A DNA stretch of 32,000 nucleotides, taken from the NCBI RefSeq assembly GCF_000148385.1, contig NC_014537.1:780001-812000 (forward strand). The letters are read 5' to 3'. Source of the DNA: Vulcanisaeta distributa DSM 14429. GTDB taxonomy: Archaea > Thermoproteota > Thermoprotei > Thermoproteales > Thermocladiaceae. How positions within the stretch are numbered: position 1 is the first letter of the stretch; each line of letters begins with the position of its first letter. The notes beneath the pieces are model-generated. The model was not told the DNA's origin. It saw nothing but the letters and a program-made list of their open reading frames with translations, and did no database searches. The position numbers were made by a program, and so were the translations under genes. Of the stretch, positions 25,619-32,000 are shown one piece after another.

Positions 25619-26803
25619 ATGACAGTTGATGCGGTCATGATATTAGAAATACTAATAATAATAGGTACATCATTATGGGCAATACAATACGGGGTTTCAA
25701 GGAGGGTCCATGCATATGAGAAGCCTTCATTAAAGAATGCGCAGGTTGAGAATTTACCAAAGGTCTCAATAGTATTACCTGTTTATAAAGAGAGGAGGCA
25801 AAGCATTGAAAAGACGCTTGATAGCATATTATCTCAAAACTACCCAAAGAATCTCCTTGAGGTTTTAATAGTTGTTGATAAGGATGATACGCAGACCCTT
25901 AATGAGGCATTAAAGGCTGCGGAGAGGTTTCTAAGCTCACTTAATATTAAGATGGTGATTAATGAGAATGCTGGGCGTAGGCTTAAGGCCATAGCGATGA
26001 ATACGGCAATGAAACATGCGGGGGGCTTAATAATCGGCTTTTATGATGCTGACGACGTATTCCCAAGTGACCAGGTCCTCAATGCGGTTCTGTTAATGAT
26101 GGAGAGGAATTACGCAGCCGTGGGCACTAGGGTGTATAGGTTTAGGAGTAGTGTGCTCGGTGGCCTGATGTACCTGGAGTCAATAGTTTGGTATAACGCG
26201 ATAATACCATTCCTCAGGTCCACGGTTAAGATAACGCCTTTATCCGGTGAGGGGCTCTTCATAAGGAAGGATCTTGTTGACTCAATACCACAGAGTATGG
26301 CTGAGGATGCGTTACTATCGCTAAAGCTTTCCAGCCGTGGGTACTCAGTGGGTCTCCTTGACTCCTACGTGTATGAATTGGCGCCCGTGAATATAATCAG
26401 CTTCATAAGGCAAAGGATCAGGTGGAATAAGGGTTACGCCCAGAACTTCGTTTTAATATTTAAACAGGGCATTCAATTAAGTTATGCGTTTAGGGTATTG
26501 GCGCTATACGTATTAATAGCACTACCTTCGGCATTATTGCTAATATCCATTATTGGTTTCATTGCCGTCGCATACATGGCAGTGATAGTTAAGGTATTCA
26601 CGCTAGGATCCCTTTATCAGTTGATGCTTGCTATGATGATATCAGAGGTTGTGGTTCTATACCTAATGCGTGATTTCATAAATGAGAGTATGAACATGGG
26701 GAGGGCAATCATCTTACTACCGGCATATTGGCTATTGCTTGGTACAGTAACAATAACGTCACCATTAATGCCAGTTAATAATTGGTTGAAGACTGCCCGT
26801 TAA
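25619..26803 (+). CDS. Membrane-integrated family-2 glycosyltransferase with QxxRW motif (processive synthase type; PgaC/IcaA/NodC/cellulose-synthase-like)
   Basis: N-terminal TM, then a GT-A domain (VSIVLPVYKE...ILSQNYP...VLIVVDKDD, FYDADDV), then RQRIRWNKG (QxxRW), then about 4 C-terminal TM helices. Confidence 0.85.
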   Translation: MTVDAVMILEILIIIGTSLWAIQYGVSRRVHAYEKPSLKNAQVENLPKVSIVLPVYKERRQSIEKTLDSILSQNYPKNLLEVLIVVDKDDTQTLNEALKAAERFLSSLNIKMVINENAGRRLKAIAMNTAMKHAGGLIIGFYDADDVFPSDQVLNAVLLMMERNYAAVGTRVYRFRSSVLGGLMYLESIVWYNAIIPFLRSTVKITPLSGEGLFIRKDLVDSIPQSMAEDALLSLKLSSRGYSVGLLDSYVYELAPVNIISFIRQRIRWNKGYAQNFVLIFKQGIQLSYAFRVLALYVLIALPSALLLISIIGFIAVAYMAVIVKVFTLGSLYQLMLAMMISEVVVLYLMRDFINESMNMGRAIILLPAYWLLLGTVTITSPLMPVNNWLKTAR

Positions 26804-27888
26804 ATATTCACAACACTCACATTACCAGTTGGCGCCACCTTACTACTCATCACAACCTGATACCCAACCTTCCTAGCCATCCTATCGATTATATCGACTA
26901 AGGCATTCAACTCATCATACGTAAGGCCAAGATCAACGCTATCAATGAGTAATACTGAACCTGGTGGAGTGAGTATTAACTGAACAAGTATTGGCAGTAA
27001 AGACCTCATTTTTAAACCGGCGTGAAACATGGGAACCCACTTACCGTTCACTTTAATATACCCTGAAATCCTCTTCGGAGCCGTGAACCCCGCCTTAATA
27101 CCCTCTATGCCAAGCTCATTTACTAACCCCATCAACTCGTTGTAGATACCCTCATACTCAGGCCTCGTTTGTATCACGGAGAGCTGATGCACTGTATACT
27201 GCCCATCAGACCCCACGGAATTACTTGGTAAATCCACGGTTGTCTCATAATCCCTCTTCCACCAACAAACCCTGCCCTCACCAAGGTAGTAAAACTTATT
27301 CTTGAGCATATTCCTTAGGATGAAGGCCAGGGAATAAGCCTTTTTCGACACGTCCCCATCACATGTTATGAAGGCATCCTCATGCATCACATGCGTCGGC
27401 GCCATACAAAGCCTGGCATTTACTGGATATCTCACGAAACCCTCATTACCAACCTTCTCAACCACAGCCACCAACTCATTATTTAGGTACAATTCCTGAC
27501 GAACCCAGTAATCACTAAGCCTAAAACTATAGTGGTAACCAATGACCGAGCCCCTACTTAACTCAAGGCCCGTACTACGTCCAAGGCTCTCCCCATCCTC
27601 ATCAACTTCATAATAAACACCAATCGTTATAGTCTCACTGGGGTCGAGCCCATAGGCTAGGTCCTCAGGTTCATGAATAATTAATAGGTTTCCTTCAAGG
27701 ACAAGCCACTCCTCACCCCTACTCTGCATTAATAGGGCTAGGGCCTCCATAAAGCTCGTCTTGCCTGACCCGCTACGGCCAACAATTACGGTATTACCGT
27801 TAAGGTCTATGGTTAGCCCCCTACCTAAGCCCTTGAATCCCTTAATCACCGCCCTTACGAGTCTCGTCATCCTCATCAACCAATGCAT
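26800..27888 (-). CDS. ABC/SMC-like (AAA_21 / COG4637-like) ATPase with intact Walker A but substituted Walker-B Glu, signature and H-loop positions
   Basis: Walker A GRSGSGKTS (nt 27754-27780). The C-terminal SVLLIDSVDLGLTYDEL (nt 26932-26955 encode VLLIDSVD) aligns to the family's hhhhDEPExGLHP. MSSK sits where the family has TTHS. Possible starts at 27888, 27876 and 27870 all overlap the upstream small ORF. Confidence 0.75.
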   Translation of the reverse strand: MHWLMRMTRLVRAVIKGFKGLGRGLTIDLNGNTVIVGRSGSGKTSFMEALALLMQSRGEEWLVLEGNLLIIHEPEDLAYGLDPSETITIGVYYEVDEDGESLGRSTGLELSRGSVIGYHYSFRLSDYWVRQELYLNNELVAVVEKVGNEGFVRYPVNARLCMAPTHVMHEDAFITCDGDVSKKAYSLAFILRNMLKNKFYYLGEGRVCWWKRDYETTVDLPSNSVGSDGQYTVHQLSVIQTRPEYEGIYNELMGLVNELGIEGIKAGFTAPKRISGYIKVNGKWVPMFHAGLKMRSLLPILVQLILTPPGSVLLIDSVDLGLTYDELNALVDIIDRMARKVGYQVVMSSKVAPTGNVSVVNI

Positions 27889-28114
27889 AGGCTATTATTA
27901 ATATTCCGCTGACATTACCAAGACTCACATTACTAATGTTAATACCCACCTGCCTAATATTACGCGACCCAGCAATATTACTCAACTCACTCAGTGCCTT
28001 GCTTAATGATTCATCGAGCCTGTTCAACGCCACGTCAAACTCAACACCCCTAACTAACTGGCCAACACTTACATTGAGTGGTATGAATTTCCTAACATGC
28101 ACTATCTTAGTCAT
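27842..28114 (-). CDS. Hypothetical 90-aa protein, overlapping and probably co-translated with the downstream ATPase
   Basis: ATG 28114 with AT-rich sequence upstream. Host-like codon use and an acidic tail (VDEDDETRKGGD) that overlaps the ATPase start by 29-47 nt. No motif recognised. Confidence 0.5.
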   Translation of the reverse strand: MTKIVHVRKFIPLNVSVGQLVRGVEFDVALNRLDESLSKALSELSNIAGSRNIRQVGINISNVSLGNVSGILIIAYALVDEDDETRKGGD

Positions 28115-28194
28115 TAAAATTTACTGCCTGTATAAGGTAAAATACCTTTCCACCTGGATAAGCCTTTTATTATTCAATGTGCGTGTGTATCTGA

Positions 28195-28680
28195 ATGGAG
28201 GTTGTCTTCACACCGTGGCGATGGACATACATAAAGTCAACGAATAATAAGGGTGGTGAGTGTGCGTTATGCGCCTATTTACGTGGCAGTGATGATGGAT
28301 TAGTGGTTTACAGGGGTAGGCAATGCTTCATTGTTATGAATAAGTACCCATACAACATCGGTCACGTAATGATAGTGCCCAATAGGCACGTACCATCAAT
28401 AACGGACTTAAACACCGATGAATTAAATGAGTGTGGGATACTCCTAGTGGCTGTTATTAAGGCGTTAACTAAGGTCCTAGGTATTGGCTATGGAGATTTT
28501 AACGTGGGCATCAACATTGGTAGGGTCGCTGGCGCGGGTATTGAGGAGCACATGCACGTACATGTTGTTCCCAAACCCTCGGTGATATCCTTTGAATCAA
28601 CAGACCCTGAATTTGTCATGAATAAGACCAGGGAAATAGCGGTTAGACTTAGGGAGGTGGTTCCTCAATTTACTAAATAG
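28195..28680 (+). CDS. HIT-family (histidine triad) nucleotide hydrolase/transferase
   Basis: Histidine triad HMHVHVVP, plus YPYNIGHVMIVPNRH. A CALC pair near the N-terminus resembles the GalT/Ap4A-phosphorylase-like branch. Confidence 0.9.
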   Translation: MEVVFTPWRWTYIKSTNNKGGECALCAYLRGSDDGLVVYRGRQCFIVMNKYPYNIGHVMIVPNRHVPSITDLNTDELNECGILLVAVIKALTKVLGIGYGDFNVGINIGRVAGAGIEEHMHVHVVPKPSVISFESTDPEFVMNKTREIAVRLREVVPQFTK

Positions 28681-28785
28681 CGCCGTTTGGCATTTTATAA
28701 AGTATTTTCAATTTAACCGCATAGCTACGTGGATGATAAATCCATAGATGTACTTCTTATAAACGCTTAAATTAATGAAACTAAT

Positions 28786-29685
28786 GTGCCATTCACAGGT
28801 GAGCCATTAAAGGCATTGCTTACGGACGTAGTTACGCCCAGGTACGTACACTCATTAATGGAATCCATTAAATGCGGCTCAGTAACCAATAGGGAATTCC
28901 CAATATTAACAATAGGTGCTGGGGCGAGACAGGTACTCATAGTAACTGGCTTCTCAATAAATGATTACAGGATAAGCAATACCCTAATTTACATGCTACT
29001 TAATAAGTGCCTTAATCACGTATACTCAATACCAACATTTAGCGCTTCACAATTGGGCAAATGGACGATTAGGGTAATACCAATGGCAAATCCATGGCCA
29101 TTTAACTCGTGGGACGTTATTAGGGGTAAAAGCCCATTTTATTCTATGGATGATGAGGGCATCCCCGTAAGGTATGACGCATTAACACTTAGAAGTAGGT
29201 ACTCAGTTAAACTTCATAATTTCGTGCATGAGGTGAACCCTGAACTCATAATAATGCTCGTGAACTCCGACAAGTGGTCAATAGTAACCCCTGAACCAAT
29301 AAGAATCGATGATTATGGCACTATTAATCCGGATCCTGCTGACTTCACGCATCATTTTACCCTTGAGAGTTACCCCACGATAATATTATCGGTACCCAAG
29401 GATGCCGAACCACGTGAAGTAGCCAATGAGATCATTCAATTAATTAAGGAGCATAGTGTTAAAGTTCAGGATAGTAAGCCGCTGGAGATCGTGATTAAGG
29501 TTCACGGTGATATTGATAATATATCTAACATACTCAGGCTTCACGGATTCCTAGTGGGTGTTGATGGGAGTAAATTAATCGTGAGGGCGGGTAGTAAGTC
29601 CCAGTTGTTGTTAAATGCATTAATAGACAATAATTTAATTGAGCATTACTTCGATGTTGAAATTTCAGAGATCCATCTGCAATAA
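28786..29685 (+). CDS. Hypothetical protein; weak resemblance to the M14/AstE-AspA zinc-carboxypeptidase fold with the metal ligands substituted
   Basis: VLIVTGFSINDYRIS aligns by eye to the family's ggiHGNExxg (H to S, E to D). IRVIPMANPWPF resembles vvPxvNPxG. No third His is recognisable. Start is GTG 28786 (TATA cttataaac about 25 nt upstream) or ATG 28858. Confidence 0.5.
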   Translation: MPFTGEPLKALLTDVVTPRYVHSLMESIKCGSVTNREFPILTIGAGARQVLIVTGFSINDYRISNTLIYMLLNKCLNHVYSIPTFSASQLGKWTIRVIPMANPWPFNSWDVIRGKSPFYSMDDEGIPVRYDALTLRSRYSVKLHNFVHEVNPELIIMLVNSDKWSIVTPEPIRIDDYGTINPDPADFTHHFTLESYPTIILSVPKDAEPREVANEIIQLIKEHSVKVQDSKPLEIVIKVHGDIDNISNILRLHGFLVGVDGSKLIVRAGSKSQLLLNALIDNNLIEHYFDVEISEIHLQ

Positions 29686-29765
29686 CTCCTTGGTTTTTAT
29701 CTTAATACTTAATATAAATAATTATTCAAAAAGCTTAATTATTCCTCAGCCTATATAATTAGAAT

Positions 29766-30824
29766 ATGGAGAAACTCGTACTTGCATACTCAGATAAGTA
29801 TTTGGATTATAACTTTGGCCCATGGCACCCATTCAAGCCACATAGGGAGAAGCAACTAGTTGAGTTACTTAAGGAGCATGGGCTATTAGGCTCTTACGTT
29901 GATTTAGTAGAGCCTGGGCCTGCGTCGGATGAGGAATTGATGCTGGTCCATACGAAGGATTACATCAACTATGTCAAGAGTGCCAGCGTTAATGGTGTTG
30001 GTTACCTAGATTATGGCGACACACCAGCCTTTAAGGGTGTTCATGAGGCAGCGGCTATTAGGGTTGGCGGCACGTTACTCGTCACTAGGCTTGTTAATGA
30101 GGGTAAGTACGTTCACGGCTTTAACCCAGGTGGCGGGTTCCACCACGCCAAGCCAAGCGAAGCCGCGGGGTTCTGTGTGTATAATGACATTGCCATAGCC
30201 GTTAAGTGGCTTAGGAATCACGGCATTAAGCGTGTGGCGGTTGTTGACGTTGATGTTCATCATGCTGACGGTACACAGGCAGTTTTTAATAATGAGGACG
30301 TTCTTTTAATATCAACGCACGGCTACGATGGTCGCTTTTACCCAGGCACTGGTTGGATTGATGAGGATGGTGTGGGTGCAGGTAAGGGGCTTAAGGTGAA
30401 TATACCATTACCGCCCCACACGGGTGATGATGTGTACTCCATGGTGATTGATGAGATAATTAAGCCAATACTCGACAGGTACTCACCCGAATTCCTGGTG
30501 CTTCAATTTGGTGTTGATGCTCATACAGGGGATGAGCTTGGGATCCTGGACCTAACCACCGAATCGTACCTTAAGGTACTCAGTGTGGTTCATGAGATAG
30601 CCCATAGGCATGCTGGTGGTAGGTTAGTCCTAACCGGCGGTGGAGGTTATGATGTTTGGAATACCGTTAAGACCTGGTTCCTAGCCATAGTATTCCTCAC
30701 GGACCCCAGTAAGCTCAGTCAGTATTCGAATTATTTCGATAAGGAATCCACAAGAACCCCAGAGCGTTATTATGAGGAGGCGCTGTACATAATTGATGCC
30801 GTGAAGCAGAGATTTGGCGTGTAA
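29766..30824 (+). CDS. Histone deacetylase-family zinc amidohydrolase (AcuC / acetylpolyamine amidohydrolase / class I HDAC-like)
   Basis: GGGFHHAKPSEAAGFCVYNDIAIA, VDVDVHHADGTQ and TGGGGY, the full catalytic and zinc-binding set. Confidence 0.9.
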   Translation: MEKLVLAYSDKYLDYNFGPWHPFKPHREKQLVELLKEHGLLGSYVDLVEPGPASDEELMLVHTKDYINYVKSASVNGVGYLDYGDTPAFKGVHEAAAIRVGGTLLVTRLVNEGKYVHGFNPGGGFHHAKPSEAAGFCVYNDIAIAVKWLRNHGIKRVAVVDVDVHHADGTQAVFNNEDVLLISTHGYDGRFYPGTGWIDEDGVGAGKGLKVNIPLPPHTGDDVYSMVIDEIIKPILDRYSPEFLVLQFGVDAHTGDELGILDLTTESYLKVLSVVHEIAHRHAGGRLVLTGGGGYDVWNTVKTWFLAIVFLTDPSKLSQYSNYFDKESTRTPERYYEEALYIIDAVKQRFGV

Positions 30825-30827
30825 AAC

Positions 30828-30992
30828 CTACTCAATATGCGATATCCTCTTTGTCTGGAATGACCTTATTTTAACGATAATCCTATAACCGCAGTATGGG
30901 CAGTGCACGCCGGGCGTTATCATATCCTCAAGCGAGAATACTCTGCCGCACCTAAGGCACATGTATATCTTTCGACTAGCAGCCTCACCCAT
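30828..30992 (-). CDS. rpoP: DNA-directed RNA polymerase subunit P (Rpo12/RpoP)
   Basis: YMCLRCGRVFSLEDMITPGVHCPYCGYRIIVKIR zinc ribbon. 54 aa from ATG 30992, which is preceded by GGTGAGGAGGGTGGTGG (SD-like). The track ORF extends to GTG 31070 and would add a 26-aa acidic N-terminus. Confidence 0.8.
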   Translation of the reverse strand: MGEAASRKIYMCLRCGRVFSLEDMITPGVHCPYCGYRIIVKIRSFQTKRISHIE

Positions 30993-31098
30993 CGCTTCCC
31001 CACCACCCTCCTCACCTAATGCTTTCGCTTGCTCCTCCTCATTACCCTCCTCAAAGAATTCCTCACTCACGCCAAATCGATGAAGTAAGCCCCTTAAA

Positions 31099-31614
31099 TT
31101 ATTTTTGCATTATCCTCCTCACCCTATCCTCAGCATTAATCCTACTCAGCACCGGCAAGACCCCTGTTGCCACGAGACTCTGCCACGACCTATCACCCAT
31201 AGCCATTAACTCCCTAATCCTCGTACCACTATAAACCTCCTTATTAAAGAGCGGCGTATTAAGGACCTTAATCCCACCATACTCAAGGCACAACTTAGTG
31301 AACTCATCATTCGTGTAAGCCACGTCAAATGACGGGCACCGCTCACGGACATAGGCATACCACAGCGCCGAATCACCCTTCGTATCAGGTACGGCGCAAT
31401 AAAGGACCCTATCGACCAGCTTTAACTCCCTAAGCATTGAATGAAGCATCTCGATTCTCTCACCAACGGTAAACGGATTCCTAGGCGTGAATGACTCGTT
31501 GGCAGACCCAATGGCGATAACTAACTCATCATGCCTACCCAACAACCACTTAATCACCTCCTCATGACCCCTATGCAGCGGTTGAAACCTCCCAACAAAT
31601 AACGCCCTAACCAT
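31099..31614 (-). CDS. nadM: Nicotinamide-nucleotide adenylyltransferase (archaeal NMNAT)
   Basis: ALFVGRFQPLHRGHEEVIKWL (GRFQPxHxGH) and SGTRIRELM, the archaeal NMNAT signatures. Confidence 0.9.
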   Translation of the reverse strand: MVRALFVGRFQPLHRGHEEVIKWLLGRHDELVIAIGSANESFTPRNPFTVGERIEMLHSMLRELKLVDRVLYCAVPDTKGDSALWYAYVRERCPSFDVAYTNDEFTKLCLEYGGIKVLNTPLFNKEVYSGTRIRELMAMGDRSWQSLVATGVLPVLSRINAEDRVRRIMQK

Positions 31615-31615
31615 A

Positions 31616-31633
31616 CAGCACTAATTAATGCTG
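31616..31633. promoter_or_regulatory. Imperfect 18-bp palindrome CAGCAcTAATTAaTGCTG between the TATA and the start codon of the NMNAT gene
   Basis: 8 of 9 positions pair. It lies 2-19 nt upstream of ATG 31614. The TATA-like cattttatc (31637-31645) is centred 27 nt upstream of that ATG. Confidence 0.4.
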
Positions 31634-31692
31634 GGTCATTTTATCTATTTCCCAGGGAATAATCACACTTAAATTAATGCGCCTAAAAATGC

Positions 31693-32000
31693 ATGAATAT
31701 GGTAAGTATTAAGGATACGGAGGTAACACTTGTCGAGGCAGTCCAGCCCTTTGATATAAACTCCTTAGGTAATTTATTCGGCGGTCGAATGCTTGAGTGG
31801 ATGGCAAATATAGGCACGGTGGCGGCCACGCGATTCTCAAGGGGCCCCGCAGTCCTTGCATACTTAGATAGGCACTTCTTCATTAGGCCCGTCAGGCTTG
31901 GGGAGTTCGTAATACTTAGGGCGAGGGTTGAGTACGTGGGTACTTCGTCAATGGAGGTGAGGATAGAGGCGTGGAAGGAAAGCCCAGGTGGTAAGCAGGA
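31693..32000 (+). CDS. Acyl-CoA thioesterase (hotdog fold, 4HBT/BFIT-like), 3'-truncated by the window edge
   Basis: Not in the ORF track because it has no stop within the window. Translation: M(NM)VSIKDTEVTLVEAVQPFDINSLGNLFGGRMLEWMANIGTVAATRFSRGPAVLAYLDRHFFIRPVRLGEFVILRARVEYVGTSSMEVRIEAW. The TATA ttaaattaa is centred 26 nt upstream of ATG 31699, which is in frame with ATG 31693. Confidence 0.8.
   Translation, partial: MNMVSIKDTEVTLVEAVQPFDINSLGNLFGGRMLEWMANIGTVAATRFSRGPAVLAYLDRHFFIRPVRLGEFVILRARVEYVGTSSMEVRIEAWKESPGGKQ

Noticed and set aside
28718-28785. Possible small RNA or C box (GGATGATA) and a short hairpin TGGAT-gataa-ATCCA between the HIT gene and the next ORF
   Set aside because: The box does not match RUGAUGA, no CTGA follows, and the 5-bp stem is too weak to count. 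The T-runs here are more simply the HIT gene terminator plus the next gene's TATA.
30424-30470. Two UGAUGA boxes 18 nt apart in the HDAC-family gene
   Set aside because: No CTGA D or D' box follows at any allowed spacing. The boxes encode GDDV and IDEI within a conserved enzyme.
31683-31883. 66-aa minus-strand ORF from the track
   Set aside because: It lies antisense to a much better plus-strand reading frame. That frame (31693/31699 to the window end) translates to a clear hotdog-fold acyl-CoA thioesterase and has a correctly spaced TATA. The minus ORF has no motif and odd composition.
1-32000. Scan for CRISPR repeats, tRNA/rRNA genes, IS elements, integrases, long direct or inverted repeats and att-like tRNA fragments
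   Set aside because: I found none by eye. No regularly spaced repeat array, no GTTCGAATC-type T-arm sequence, and no transposase, integrase or recombinase motifs in any of the six frames provided. A computational repeat and tRNA scan would be needed to be definitive.

Overview
This 32-kb window is almost entirely coding and looks like core chromosome of a crenarchaeon. The gene set points that way: TBP, Hjc, ribosomal protein S25e, RpoP, exosome Rrp41/Rrp42, archaeal NMNAT and geranylgeranyl reductase. AGG/ATA-rich codon use and TATA boxes centred about 26-28 nt upstream of start codons (leaderless mRNAs) suggest a hyperthermophilic, Thermoproteales-like organism; that assignment is inference. 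I can support about 40 protein genes, one textbook C/D box sRNA (22153-22201) that an ORF track cannot show, and a second C/D candidate (3016-3065) overlapping the 5' end of a HAD hydrolase gene. A partial acyl-CoA thioesterase gene at the 3' edge is also missing from the track. I found no CRISPR array, tRNA, rRNA, transposase or integrase. The least housekeeping stretch is 24396-28114. It holds a 361-aa orphan with winged-helix-like segments, a membrane-integrated processive GT2 synthase, and an overlapping cassette of a 90-aa orphan plus an ABC/AAA_21-type ATPase. That ATPase keeps Walker A, but its Walker-B glutamate, signature and H-loop positions are substituted. This cassette is my best candidate for an undescribed system, and the evidence is motif-level only. 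Other points worth checking:
- A tight TBP / unknown 236-aa gene / Hjc operon with identical TAACCATG junctions.
- Single symmetric TATA elements that appear to serve two divergent transcription units.
- A TAATTATTA motif shared by the hsp20 and AbrB-PhoU promoters.
- A three-gene HcnABC/proline-dehydrogenase-like flavoenzyme cluster.
- A carboxypeptidase-like protein with its metal ligands substituted.
All functional calls come from reading motifs in the translations. No database search was run.
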